Source: Heteronotia binoei
Lineage: Eukaryota
Direction: 5' to 3'
DNA length: 64,000 nucleotides
Assembly (NCBI RefSeq): GCF_032191835.1
Contig: NC_083233.1
Coordinates: forward strand, 37,820,001 to 37,884,000
Below the pieces are notes generated by a model that was not told the DNA's origin, did not search any database, and saw only the letters and a list, made by a program, of their open reading frames with translations. The stretch's first letter is position 1, and the number at the start of each line of letters is the position of its first letter. Below, piece by piece: positions 45,076 through 58,367 of the stretch. A program made the position numbers and the translations under genes.

Positions 45076-45892
45076 TAGGGTTGCCAAGTCCAATTCAAGA
45101 AATATCTGGGGAATTTGGGGGTGGAGCCAGGAGACTTTGGGGGTGGAGCCAGGAGACTCTGGGGGCGGAGCCAGGAACAAGGGTGTGACAAGCATAATTG
45201 AACTCCAAGAGAGTTCTGGCCATCACATTTAAAGGGACAGCACACCTTTTTAAATGTCTTCCTTCCATAGGAAATAATGAAGGATAGGGGCACCTTCTTT
45301 TGGGGCTCATAGAATTGGACCTCCTGGTCCAATCGTTTTGAAACTTGGGGGAGAGGCACTAGATACTATATTGAAAATTTGGTGCATCTACCTCAAAAAA
45401 CAGCTCCCCCAGAGCCCCCGAAACCTCCAGAACAATTCCCCATTATACCCTATGAGAATCGATCACATAGGGAATAATGAAGATGTTTCCCTCTCTCTCC
45501 CCCCCACCCTTCCTGGCCAGTCTGAAGCAGCGGATCAGCCTCTCTACTCACCATTTGCTGCCAGCTTCTTCACAGAAACACAGACACACCATCCTAAATT
45601 GAAGCCTTTCAAGTCAAGCCTCTGGAGGTGCAAAGGCACATGGTCCTTTGCGGGTGGGGCTCCCTCTCCCCCCCCCCCCGCCAGCCAGCTGATTGGGGCG
45701 GGAAGCAGCCTGGGAAAACTGAAGAAAGGCAGCTGCAATCGGGGCTGGGTGGGCAGGGCAAGGAGAAGCTGCTGAGATCGGGGCTGGGTGGGAAGGGCCG
45801 CCATTCCCCCCCACTTTCCAGATTTTTGGCTGGCAGGAGAGAAGGCTCCAAATCGGGGGTCCCCAGGCAAGGCGGGGAATTTGGGAAGCCTA
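45076..45892. mobile_element. 817-bp hAT MITE in the presumed EOLA1 5' intron
   Basis: TIRs TAGGGTTGCCAA / TTGGGAAGCCTA; perfect 8-bp TSD CTAAGAAA (45068-45075 and 45893-45900). Confidence 0.85.
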
Positions 45893-46386
45893 CTAAGAAA
45901 TGGTGGACAGGCTTCAAGCAGTCTACCTTCTCCCCATCCCTCTTTTATTTTTCAATGATATACACGCTACCATTTCTTGAAGGAGCTCAGAGTATCATAC
46001 ATCGTTCTCAAACCAGCCCTGTGAGGTTACACTGAGAGAGTGTCTGGTCCAATGTCACCCAGTAAGGTTCATGGTGGAGCAAGGACTTCAACCCACATCT
46101 CCTCAGCCCTAGTTCCTCCATTGAACAATACTGATTTCTGCAATCCTGTTCTCAGTGGAGTAAAATGTCTCTCTTGGCAAGGCAAAGTATTCTAGGGCAA
46201 CTGTGATTTAGGCCATATCCCAATACTCTTAAAATTTCATCTGGCCATTACGGTAGTGTGGATTCTTACAGGTGAATTAAACAAGGTCTGAGCGCTAGCT
46301 AGAAGAGAGCTGTTCTTAATTCTGGTTTATTCTCTTTGGAAATTAAAGGTGACCTAAGAAGCATATAGAGGAGAGCATGACGCTGA

Positions 46387-46650
<264 letters not shown>

Positions 46651-46940
46651 TGATGGTGATGGTTGTGTTGCCTGTAATGAACTTATTTGAACTAGGACTT
46701 AAGAACAAAGAGCCGCAGCATGTTGTCCACAATTCAGAATTTCACCCAGGAGTTTACTTGAGAAGAAAGGAAGGGAAGGGGGTAGTGGTAACAAGGGGAA
46801 ATGTAAAAAGAGGCTGGATCCTTCCCTTTGTACAGATCACTACTGCCTCAGGTACTTCATTCTAGTTTACCCTAGTAGAGAAGTTTGGGTAGTCTCCTTG
46901 GAATCAGAAGTGAGAAGTTGACATAAATTTTGTCCTGTAG

Positions 46941-47183
<243 letters not shown>

Positions 47184-49856
47184 CACGAATGCAGATGTGT
47201 GGATGGCAGTTTTGACTCTATGTTGCCAACTCACAGCCTTTTGTGAACTGGAATCATTCATTGTTGCTGATCCTAACACCTGGATATGACTGTGAGGTGA
47301 CGACTGTGAAGCAGATGGTTGAAAGGGAGATTGGGATCATTTTTGGTACTAGAGATAATGCAATGATAGTGGTTATTAGCATATGTGCAATTTGATTAAG
47401 TTTCTCATAGTTAGATAACTGTAAATAATTGTATGCATATAATGTATGGCATAACTAGATGTCTTATTAACCAGATGAGTAAAACAAATTGATAACTCAG
47501 TTGATCCTTTCTTTTTTCTTTCAAGAACTTGTCACTTTGCTCCTGCTGGGTGCCCAGGCCACTGACAGGTGATTATTCCCAGTTAAAGAAGTTTATTGTC
47601 ATGACCCCAGGAATCATGACAATAATTCATGATTGCTCAGTCTCCTTGGGCAGGAACTTCATAGTTAGACTGTGACAGTTTCATTTCTGGCAACTGTTCT
47701 GCGCCTTCAAAAGCAAAGTGGAAGGAAAAAAATTAGCAACTGCCATTTTCCCTGCTGTAAGTAAATAATGATGGGAAACCTTGTATTCCTGCTAGCAATG
47801 CAGCTGTTACTACAGAGATTCTGTTAAGGAGGGCAACAGCTCTGTTCAAGAGTCATCTCAAAAGACTTCCAGCAAGAAGTAGAAAGTCAATCCAAGGCTA
47901 TTCTTGTCAAAGGAGAAACCCTTCCTCCAGCCACAGTGGTTCTTTGAGTGCACTACTCACCCGAAGTACTGCTTCACCCCATCCAAGATTTTTAAAAATC
48001 TTTTTAATTTGCAGCATGGCAACTGATTGTTTAGACAATGAGCAATTTTTAACCAGAAAATTTTCTGTGAGAAAACACCAGTGGAAGTTAGTATCCAACT
48101 TTTTCAAAGAGGTAGTTCTGCAGCTTCTGTTCAGTAGATCAACCCAGATCTTGTCATCCTGATTTTTAACTGATCCTGAAAAAACCCCTCTTTTTCTCTG
48201 TACTGAGTGAAAATAAGCAGTGCGCTTAAAACAGAAAGGTGTGTATTTAGTATAAGTTTTTAAAAAACAAAGAACAAAATTGACTCGTAAAAAACAAGCA
48301 CCACCACCACAACACTTCTAATTCAAGTTACACACTTCTGCTATTTCAGAAACTAAAATACGTAAGACATGTAAACTTTGCACAAGGGTTCTAGAAATTT
48401 GTGTTGTTAGGAAATTGCTGATTTTCTCCTCATTCATCTAAAATCTCACCTAAAGTGAATGGCTGATTATGGTTTGTCTTCAGAAGTGCACCCTTGGATA
48501 TACAGTGACCTCAAGTGCTCTTCAGTCAGTTGTGCTTATGCACTGGACCTGGCCCCTTCTCTAGACCCTTTTGAAATATGGATTTTTCTCTGTTTCCCTT
48601 GACAAATTTATTTCAGTATACCACCACTTGACCTGCAAATCAGGTTTTGTCCCAATACATACACGTAATTGGCATAAAATGTTAATAGAGGGAGTCACTG
48701 TCCCTTTGAAACTTTAGTCCCCAAGTCCAAGGGAGTAATTTCCACAGTACTGGTTTTCTATATATGAAATCCAATTCCTTGAAACACCATTTCCTATTTT
48801 AAACAGCAAGTTAAACACATCTGAGAGAACACCTGTTTTTGTAAGATTATGCTGTTATGTCCCTTGAGCCATTTCATCAGTTAAATATTTAACATATTAT
48901 GCCCTGCTTCTCCATAAGAATGTGCATAAATAGTTTACATGAACAAACTAGAGACTACAAATTGGACATGGACATTCCTGTTGCACAGGCTCAACATAAA
49001 GTGGCCCTGTGCAAATAAAGTGTTGTTCCTGTGCAGCCTAAACACTTGCTATCCTATACGTGTCAGGGACCAACAGAACTATATTTTAAAAATAAGACAA
49101 TTAGTAGTTACAGCTGAATCAACATTACTACATAACTTTAATTCCATATTGTTTTAATTTTCAAGTTAGTTTTAAGTATCAAATAATTCAGTATGCGGTA
49201 TATTTCTGCACCTGTTCTGCAAGAAAATGTAATCAGTAAATGTCAAATAGTATATGGCTGAAGATAGGTTAATTATAATCCCTGATTTTTATTTCAGACA
49301 CACTTTCTTCATACATACATACATTTGTCAGGTTATCTGGATGTCTGACAGAAATGTGCAGCAATCTGCAAAAACATTTTACTCTCACAAGAAATGAACA
49401 CACAGTGTTGATACTATTGCATCACAACAGGTTCCATCTTGGTAAATTTACCATAGAATCTTATGCACATTTACTCCACTCTAAACCAATTTCCTTTCCA
49501 AATGCCACTGTAAATGCAAAAATGTGTACATATTACACTCCAACCCAAGTACGTTTCACTTTGGTACAACCTGTTCAGAATATTCCTGGCAGAACTCTCA
49601 TAAATGGCTTGTGGGCTTTATCTACAGACTTGTCCCAAATAAAACTATATCCTACATTTTTTTCCTACTCTTAATCTGTATTTCTCATGCCTGTACTATT
49701 GAAGAAAGTGAGTTACTTCTATCTATCCATGATAAAAGAAATACAAAAATTAACCTAGATAAACAAGATATGAAGAAAGAAGTTTATTCTTCAGTCATTG
49801 TGGTTTTCTCTATTTCTCCTTCTGGAAGGTGGGATTTTTGAAGTCTACTGCTTTCT

Positions 49857-50636
49857 TTATCGATGGTAGCCAGTGTAATCTGTCACTTTGGGTCCAACTC
49901 CTTTGGAAGTAGATGCAGTATTTGAAGTACAGTTGCAATTAGGGCAATGGTGGTATGCAGGAGTTCGGTGATGATGGGAAGATCGTGACATGGAAATGGC
50001 AGAAGCAGCCGCTATCATAGGCATAGAGAACCATGGGTTACAAAATGGAAGCAAACTGGCCCAATGAGCTTGCATGGCTGATAAATCTGGATACATGGTT
50101 GGGAAGGCTGGCAGCCCCATCATTGGTGCAAAGGGGCTGTTGGGTACAGGAGGTATGACATGATACAAAGAAGTAGCAGATGTGGTTGTGGTGGAGTCTA
50201 TTTCGTGCGTGTTGACTCGAGCATGGTTTGTATGCTGAGGTAGATGGAAGGGAGCTAGCTGGTTTATTTTGTTATCATTGTCCTCAGATGCAGCCTGTTC
50301 AGAAGGCCTCAAGGGGGCTGGCGAGGAAGGAGTATATCCACTTCTCATCCGGGCGGCTATGCCAGCAAGTCCCTTGTTCATGGTAGGTTTTCGGAGTCCA
50401 GGTTTGTGCATTGTATCCTTTGGAGAAGATGCAAGGAAGCTGTTCTCCCTAGATGCATTTCCCAGTGTAGTTTGAGCATCTGGGCTTCTTGACCTGCTCT
50501 TCAAGCAGCTTTCACTGTAGTCCTGTTCTAATGAGAAAGCAACCGGTGGGGTATTTTTTATCCCAACTCTTCTCTTACATCTTGCAAGTAGGTGGGGACA
50601 ACCCCTCTTAAAATTTGGGTTATGATAGAACTGTAG
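49857..50636 (-). CDS. HSFX1: HSFX/HSFY-like heat shock factor, coding exon 2
   Basis: Acceptor TTTTTCTTCTAG|CTACAG; LQFYHNPNFKRGCPHLLARCKRRVGIK completes the HSF DNA-binding domain and is in frame with ORF 49857..50504; HSFY-like C-terminal CPNCNC; AATAAA at 49788-49783. The symbol denotes the family; exact orthology was not tested. Confidence 0.88.
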   Translation of the reverse strand, partial: LQFYHNPNFKRGCPHLLARCKRRVGIKNTPPVAFSLEQDYSESCLKSRSRSPDAQTTLGNASRENSFLASSPKDTMHKPGLRKPTMNKGLAGIAARMRSGYTPSSPAPLRPSEQAASEDNDNKINQLAPFHLPQHTNHARVNTHEIDSTTTTSATSLYHVIPPVPNSPFAPMMGLPAFPTMYPDLSAMQAHWASLLPFCNPWFSMPMIAAASAISMSRSSHHHRTPAYHHCPNCNCTSNTASTSKGVGPKVTDYTGYHR

Positions 50637-51899
50637 CTAGAAGAAAAACACCAGAGGAATAACTTAGGTTTCAGAGACATATTAAATAGAGGAGAGGTAT
50701 ATAAAACTTAGTGTCTTGTGTTTCAAAACGTGTATGAATTTAGACATTTCTCAAACTTTTTAATTCTGAACTGAGGCAGAATTAATGTAAATTAGAATAT
50801 AGCATCTTTCTACGTCCTTCCCCCTTTCCTAATAAAATCTAAGAAAGTTATAGATTTCTGCTTGTCTCCTACTATTCTAAGGACATTTTCCTTATTTGTG
50901 GACCAAGTGACTAAGATTTTCCGGAAGCAAAGTCTGGTAGTCACTGGGCAGTAACATATTTCACCATTAGGTGAAACATAAAATATTGATGCTGTTTGGA
51001 CGAGTATCTAAATATCATCTGACTAATAATAGATGTAATACATAACCTAAAGTGTCTTATGTCTAATGATTCATTTCAGAAATTACGTTTTTTTATACAG
51101 AAAGAAAGCTTAATTGGTGTGCTGCCAAAAATAAGCACTTTCAAGCATGTGCTTATGTATCTCCCAATGAAGTCAATGGGATGTACAGATACTTTGGCTG
51201 GAGTGGGCTCAATCTCTTTGATCAAGCAGTATGGATTTGGTATTAAGAGACTTCAGTGTATTTGAATAACTTCTAGTATAATGTTAAACATGTTTATTTT
51301 AAGGGTCATTTAATATAACTAAATTTTAATCAATTTTTACAAAAAAGTTAATCCCCAAAAAACTAGTTGTCTCATAAGATACACTAGCAGAACTTCCTTT
51401 TATACACCAAAACATAACTGAATGCTGTAACCTGTTAGCTTTTGCATTGTCTGCTTTACAGTTCTAAGCTTACAACCTGTCCACTAGCAGTAAGCTTACA
51501 ACCTGTCCACTAGCAGTCCACTTGATCTGCACTCTTGGGAGTTTGCCATTAAATTTAGTAAGGTGTGGAGAAAAAGATGATCCTTCTGTAAAAATAACAT
51601 ATGCCACTTTTCCTTAGGGATACATATATTCTAAATATTTGTGTTGCCTTACCAAGGGAAATGCAAGGAGGTTTGCAATGTACAGAAGGAAAGAGTACAA
51701 AACTAAATTAACAATAACAATAGCAATATACATTTAGGGGCTTGCATTCGGCTTTATCCAAGCAAAAAAAAAAAAAAGCCAGAAAATACCTTATTCATAT
51801 TTATCAGCTAATCATTCAGCCAGATATAGAGGGGGACGTATTTTTGGCTATTGAACATAACCAATTCCAAATAATCCCACCCAAAATTGGGATTATCTG

Positions 51900-53153
51900 G
51901 GAAAACAGGACAGCCACAGTTAAATAGTATTTAGACACTTTTCCAGGTGAAGTTGCAGTTTCGCAAATACATTTAAAAGAACTGCAACACCTCTAAATGC
52001 CTTCAGCTCAATTATAGTTTGTGGAGACCATTCTAGTTAGTAATGGGAAATCTTTCCGGGGCTTCTGGTGTCTCTACTCCAAAGACCCCCCAAGTTTCAA
52101 AAAGATTAGACTAGCGGGTCCAATTCTATGGCCCCCAGTGAAGGTTCCTCCATCCTCCCATCATTTCCAGTGAAGGAATAAAACAGCAAAAAAGAAGAGA
52201 CTAATGTCAAACCAGAAAGTAGAAATGAAAGGTGGTGGCCATTTTTTCAGGACTAGTTCACAGTGGCAATGCCAGCTCAACAAATCCAAGCAAATGGGTG
52301 GGGCTGCAAGTCTAGCACAGCCACTGCATTTATAGTGCCCAGCTGAACCAATGCCACTGTGGCAATGTCAGCTCAACAAATCCAAGTGTGGGGTTTTTTT
52401 TACAAACCTAGCACAGCCAGTACATATAAAGAGTGCCCATTAGGACCACTGCATATACAGAGTGCCAAGCAGAACCAATGCCACTATGGCATTGCCAGCA
52501 CAATAAATCCAAGTAAGGGGGAGTTCCAGTCAGCCAGTGCATGTACAGAGTGTCAAAAAACACCCAACAAAATCTATTGCTTTTTTTCCCCTCCACTGAA
52601 AACAATGGAGGTGTTGGGTTTGAACCACCCCCTTTGCTTGGATTTGTTGAGATGGCATTGCCACAGTGGCACTGGTTCTGCTTGGCACTCTGTACATGCA
52701 CTGGCTCTGCTGGGCTTGGAAAAATCCCCCCTCTTCAGTTTCTATTGAAGAGACTTCTCTGGTTTGTCATTAGTTCTTTTTTGGGGGAGGGAGTGTTTTC
52801 CCCACCATTGGAAACAATGGTGGATGGGGACACATTCTTTGGGCCCATAGAATCCAATCTTTTTTAAACGGGGGGGGGGGGGAATCTTTTGAGGAGAGGC
52901 ACCAGAAGCTATGCTTAAAATTTGGTGCCTCTGTCTCAAAATACAGCCCCCCCAAATAGATTCCTCATTGACTATAATTTGCTATATTTGGTATAATGGA
53001 GTTGGGGGAAATCAGCATTTTTTTTTTTGAGGGGGAACCCAAGTTTGAATACCATACTGGTACAAAAATGTGGTTTTTTTCAGGAATTCTGAATTTTTGG
53101 ACGTTCAGTATATCTGAGTCAGAAAAATCCTGATTTTTTTTTGCACATCCCTA
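51900..53153. mobile_element. Degenerate hAT-MITE-derived region with internal direct and inverted repeats (HSFX intron)
   Basis: Pieces match the 45076 family; right end GCACATCCCTA; repeated CAGTGGCAATGCCAGCTCAACAAATCCAAG units, the last inverted. Confidence 0.45.
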
Positions 53154-53532
53154 ATACAAATCAAACAACAGTGCAAAAAAACAACCAGAGAGGAAGGAAC
53201 AACAATAATGAAATAAAACTTAGGCACTAAAGGCTTAGGTGAGTAGAACACACTTCAGCAAAGGCATTGGGCAAAGGTCCTTTGGGAGTTCCACCTGACC
53301 TGGATAGTCCAGGCAAGCTAAGCAGGATCAGCTCTTGGATAGGAGACCTCTTTGGAATACAAGAGTCAAGAGGTAGAGGCAGGCTTTATTCAGCCATCTC
53401 TCTGAATATCCTCCATACCCCCACTAGGGGTCAGTCACCAGAGGCTGACTTCCAGGTGCACGCATGCACATACATACACACAAAAATACAAAAAATCCTC
53501 CCCAAAAAGGAGTTCCAGAAATGGGGCTCAGT

Positions 53533-53806
53533 GAAGAAGAAATTGGATTTATATCCCGCCCTTCACTAGCCAGAGTATCAGAGTGGCTTACAAATCTCCT
53601 TCCCTTCCCCTCCCCACAACATACACCCTGTGGGGTAGGTGGGACTGAGACAGCTCTTCCAGAACTGCTCTTGAGCAGAACAGCCTTGAGAGAACTTGTG
53701 GCTGACCCAAGGTCACATCAACAGGTGTATGTGGAGGAGTGGGGAATCAAACCCAGTTCTCCCAGATAAGAGCTCGTACACTTTACCACTACACCAAACT
53801 GGCTCC
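53533..53806 (-). mobile_element. tRNA-derived SINE (family A)
   Basis: Reverse complement of the 30818-31117 family. Confidence 0.8.
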
Positions 53807-54868
53807 AAGAGATACCTATCTGACCCCTGAGGGCAGCAGCAATGGAATTAGGCATCTGATGACAGTCTCAGCTGATAGGCAGATTCACATTAAATATTAA
53901 CCTTCATTGCAGAATTCATTAAGGCATTCACTTAATCACTGTTCTACAAGACAATTACTTGCAACTTTTTGTCACCCTGAGTACACCTGTCTATCCTAAC
54001 TGCCTTTATAAAGCCTTTTCTATCCTCCCTCTTTTCTTTTTGTAAAGCACTGCTTCCATGGCTATGTGCAAATTTGGCTTATTTATTTAATTCCATTTAT
54101 ATCCTGCCCTCCCTGCCGAAGCATAGGGGGAGAATTAAAGCTACTCCCCAAATTGGAAGTATAGTATTCTAACGTGCAGAAAAGACTTTATCTTCAAATT
54201 ACAAAATGTTTTGTTTTTATGGAGTAACATTAAATTGCTGCCATACTGGGGCAATATTGGCTTTGGCTCAGTGTCTTGTCTCCTGCACTGGATGACTTTA
54301 AACAAGCTCATGAGAATTAAGGCACACAGAGTGAACAGTGCCCAGTGATCACTGGAAACCATTGCCAGTGAGAATGCCTTATTACCAACTTTATTCTAAG
54401 TATTAATGAATCTGATAGTCTCATCCTAAATGAATTTGTCTAATTCATATTTCAGTTAACTGCATTGTGTGCAAACGTATTTCAAAACCTTTCTATGCTG
54501 CTACCTGGTACTTTCAACAGGTATTCTTTTGCTCACCGTGATTAATACAGAATATTAGTATTATGTATTAACATAGTTTATGTTAAAATTCAAAGCCGGG
54601 AGCCCCTTAAAGACCAACACAATTTTCCATGATATAAACTTTGGTTAGTCATAGCTCACTTTGTCAAAACCCATAGTATACGTAATATTTCTATTCTTAC
54701 ACATAAAATGCTAACATGAAAAGACCAAACTGTGTCTCTTGGCCTGGAACCTAATTTGGTTGTCTCATTATCTGTTCTGTTCTGCATGAAGAATGACCAA
54801 TCTGCAAAGTAAAGGCAATGGAAGCTACGAATTTCAAGAAATCTTTACAAATAATGCTGACATCTTAC

Positions 54869-55432
54869 CTTGCTAAATGCATAAGCTGCTTTTTCTTCTG
54901 CCAGAAATTCAACGAGAGAGGCAGATCTTTGAAAACTCTGTCTCATTTTACTAAAGCCATAGAGATTTAGCTGACGAATGAAACTTTTCATGCAGTCAGT
55001 TTCAAAGATACGTAGTGGTCCTTTCCTTTCTAAGACCTCCTTTTTGAAAAGCTCTTCATCAATCACTACACAATTACCATCATCGTCCCACCACAGTGAT
55101 TTAAACTGATCACTTTCAACAATTTTCCAGAGTTTCTTTGGGAAGGTGAGGGATAGAAAATCATTGTCTTCAACAGAATTGTCTTCACTGAGAGTAAGCC
55201 GTGGTCTTTTTACCCAGGGTCCATCATTTAAAACTTGAAAAGCATTTTCTTCTATCATGGATCGTAAGGCAGAGTCACCAGCTGCTATTTTATCATGCAA
55301 TGGAGTGGATGAAATTGAGATTGCAGAGTGAGCCATTTCATTTTCAGCTGAAATATGTTGAGTCTGTGCAGCAGGAAGGTCCATGTCCAATTTTCTCTTC
55401 TCACTTTGACAACTTTTTTCAGCTGTAGCCAT
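54869..55432 (-). CDS. HSFX1: HSFX/HSFY-like heat shock factor, coding exon 1 (447 aa total)
   Basis: HSF DBD N-half: FLSLTFPKKLWKIVESDQFKSLWWDDDGNCVVIDEELFKKEVL...MKSFIRQLNLYGFSK; phase-0 donor AAG|GTAAGA at 54868. Confidence 0.9.
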
Positions 55433-55509
55433 TTATGCTAATAGTCAAACCATGCTGATAAGGCAGCAGTAGGCCTATTAAAATGATGCTACCTTGTGGG
55501 AGCTTCAAT

Positions 55510-55590
55510 AAGGAGTTCTAGAACATCACAATGAGACTATCATGCATGGATGTGACATCACAAAATAAACTCCGGTTTCCTAGCAAACGA
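55510..55590 (-). promoter_or_regulatory. Candidate proximal promoter motifs of the HSFX-like gene
   Basis: TTCtaGAA (55516-55523), TGTGACATCACA (55551-55562) and X-box-like GTTTCCTAGCAAAC (55575-55588), 85-155 bp upstream of the ATG. Confidence 0.35.
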
Positions 55591-55804
55591 GATCATAATG
55601 ACAAAACAACTGGGCATTTATTACTTCATTGCTGAACAAGAGAAATTAGGACAGAAACACTGCATTAAATATCCTCTGCAAAAATAGCATAGGCCAATTG
55701 CAAACACTTTGCATACTTAAGGCAATTTATACTAACAGGTTTTTTTAAAAAAAACCTGGAATCCTCCACTGCACTTGAATAAACCTTATTAATATTATGT
55801 AACC

Positions 55805-56569
55805 CAGGGGTGTCTAATCATTTGTTATGAGGGGCCGAGCCATGCTCATAAAATGCCAGGCACTGGAGATATAAACTTTATAAAGGATACAGAGAAACAC
55901 AAATAAAATTATTTTTTGCTTAAAATACAAACAAGCTTAAAACTCTTGTGATACTTTGTTTAAAATGGAAAGTTGGAGGAATAGTGGGATGGCAATGGCC
56001 AAGCATTGCAAGCTTCTCCCCCCCCCCCCCCCATTCCTTCCCGGTCTACTCAGATTGACAATGGTTTTCCAGTGTAATATCCCCCTTTGGCTATGGGTTC
56101 CCAGGTTAGAGTACTCAGTAGGCACCAGTTCTCCAGTCCATTCAGCAGAGACAAGCTGGCTCAAAGTGTCAACCCTTTATATGCAAGAAGCTTCAACTGG
56201 CCATAAACACTGCAAAAGTGAAACTGCTTTAGCTCCACTCCATTGAAATACATTGCAGCACAGACAAAGTTGCAAGGAAAACAAGGAATGGATTTTCCAT
56301 TAATATTTCTGGGTCCAGATAGACCAGTCTAGCTGGGTGCAGAGACTTTAATGAAAAATCCATTCTGCATTTTCTTTGCAGTTTTGCAAGCTCGTAAGAG
56401 CTTCCAGCTGAATCAGGCAAAGATGAGGCAAAAGAAACTGGGAACATTATTGGCAGCCTTGGAGCTTCAAAGGGGGAGGACAGGAGGGGGAGGAGAAAAT
56501 TGCCATGGGACTGATTGAAGCCTTGAGCAGGGTGGGTGTGGCCCACAGACCAGGAGTTTGACAGCCCTG
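55805..56569. mobile_element. hAT MITE (CAGGGGTGTC type)
   Basis: Ends CAGGGGTGTCTAA / TTTGACAGCCCTG; 8-bp flanks ATGTAACC / ATATAATC (two transitions). Confidence 0.6.
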
Positions 56570-57099
56570 ATATAATCTATGAATGTTGAAAAACATAAGT
56601 CTGGGGAAAACATCAGTTGTATTAACATGGGAGTGTAACACAATTCATAGAAAAACTTGCCTGCAATAGCCCATAAGGTATGTGTGGGGGTGTCTCTCAG
56701 AGTGATCTCCAAACTGTACTCCTGCAATTCTCAAAACTCATTAAGAACCTTCTGGCTCTTTGCACAAGAAGAGAAAGCAAAGCAACATTTGGACTTAGAG
56801 ATAACCCCACTCTTTCCCACCCTAAACAGCAAAATGCCAAATACTAAATTCCCTCCCTAGGATAAATACCCTTTCTTTATTCCTAATAGCAGCGCTTACA
56901 TCCTATATACACTAAGGGTTAAACACCTTGAACACTTTGTATGGTAATGTTTGTTCAATTTTAAGTCACTCTTAGACAGCAACTTTGAATCTGCCTCACT
57001 TCTGAAGAGAAAGTAGTTTCTCACACCAACTCTGGTCCTCCTTACATTGATTTCCTAACTAATCACAAGCAAATTCTCAGTATGGGAAATGACTTGGGA

Positions 57100-58030
57100 G
57101 CACTATATAGAGCCCATGAGAAGCATCAGGATGCCACGGCAGCTGGACACACACTGAATCCCAACAAGACCGAGGTGTTGCTAGTATGAATGTCTGAGAT
57201 TCTGGAAGTGGGTGATCTTTCTCCTTGGTTGCATAAAGTTGTTGCTACTGATAACAGTTTTATGCAGCCAAAGAGACAGATCACCCACCTCCATGATCTC
57301 AGACCTTCCTACCAGCAACACCTTTGTCCTGTCTGGATTCAACTTATTAGATGCTATGGCAGCAGCTGCTTTTGCTGCCTTTTCTCATCTGTACCTGATG
57401 CAGAGGTTATCAGCCCACCTTGGAGAGGGCTAACCTTGCTGTGTTGATTCATCCTTATGCAACATCTAAGGTTAGACTACTGTAATATACTGTGTGTCAG
57501 GCTGCCTTTGGAGATAGCTCAGATGCTTCAGCTAGTTCAAAATTCAGCTGCCCATTTATTAATGGGCAAGAACAGCTTCCGTTATATGACACCACTTCTG
57601 AGCACTTTACCTGACTTCCTGTTTTCTTCTAGGTTCATTTCAAGGACTAGAACTTATGTTTAAAACGTCATGACTTAAGGCCTACATTTCTAAAGAACCA
57701 TCTCTCTTACAAATTTACATGGCAACTATGCTTTGTGGACCAAAACTTGTTTATGCCTTCCCTCAAAGTGACACAGCTGGGCACAACCTACTCCCAGGCC
57801 TTTTCCAAAGCCCCTGCTCAACTATGAAACAATTTCCTCTTTGAGGTCCAGAGGATTACATTATCACTGGCTTTTAAGATGGTGAATACACTTTTTAATT
57901 TACAGTGTATTTGTATGACGTTTCAGTTAAATATTTAGTACCTGGGCTGTTAAAATGCAATTTTTTTAAAAAAGAAAGATATTTTTAATTAACAAATTAA
58001 AAGCCACCTTGGGCTCTGATCAGGAAAAGT
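57100..58030 (+). mobile_element. Degenerate L2-type LINE 3' fragment
   Basis: RLDYCNILCVRLPLEIAQMLQLVQNSAAHLL motif in ORF 57457..57663. Confidence 0.7.
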
Positions 58031-58367
58031 TTATATATACCATCTCTCTTACAAATTTACATGGCAGCTAAGCTTTGTGGACCAAAACTTATTGTTGAAA
58101 GAAAAAAAAAATTGCACCTACATGGCTCGGTCTGATTGGTGTATTTTTGTTATGTAGTTAGATGCTTAGTAAAAATAACACAGTAAGTGTTGAAGAGGAA
58201 GAACCACACTAGCTCTGAGCCTTTTGTGCTCGTATCTGAAGTTCTGCTGTACAACAGACAATAAAATCTTGTTTTATTATCTATTTACATCCCAGCTTTC
58301 TTCACAATGGGACACAGAACAGTTCACATTATTCTCCTCTCCTCTCCTGTATCCTCACAACAACCCT

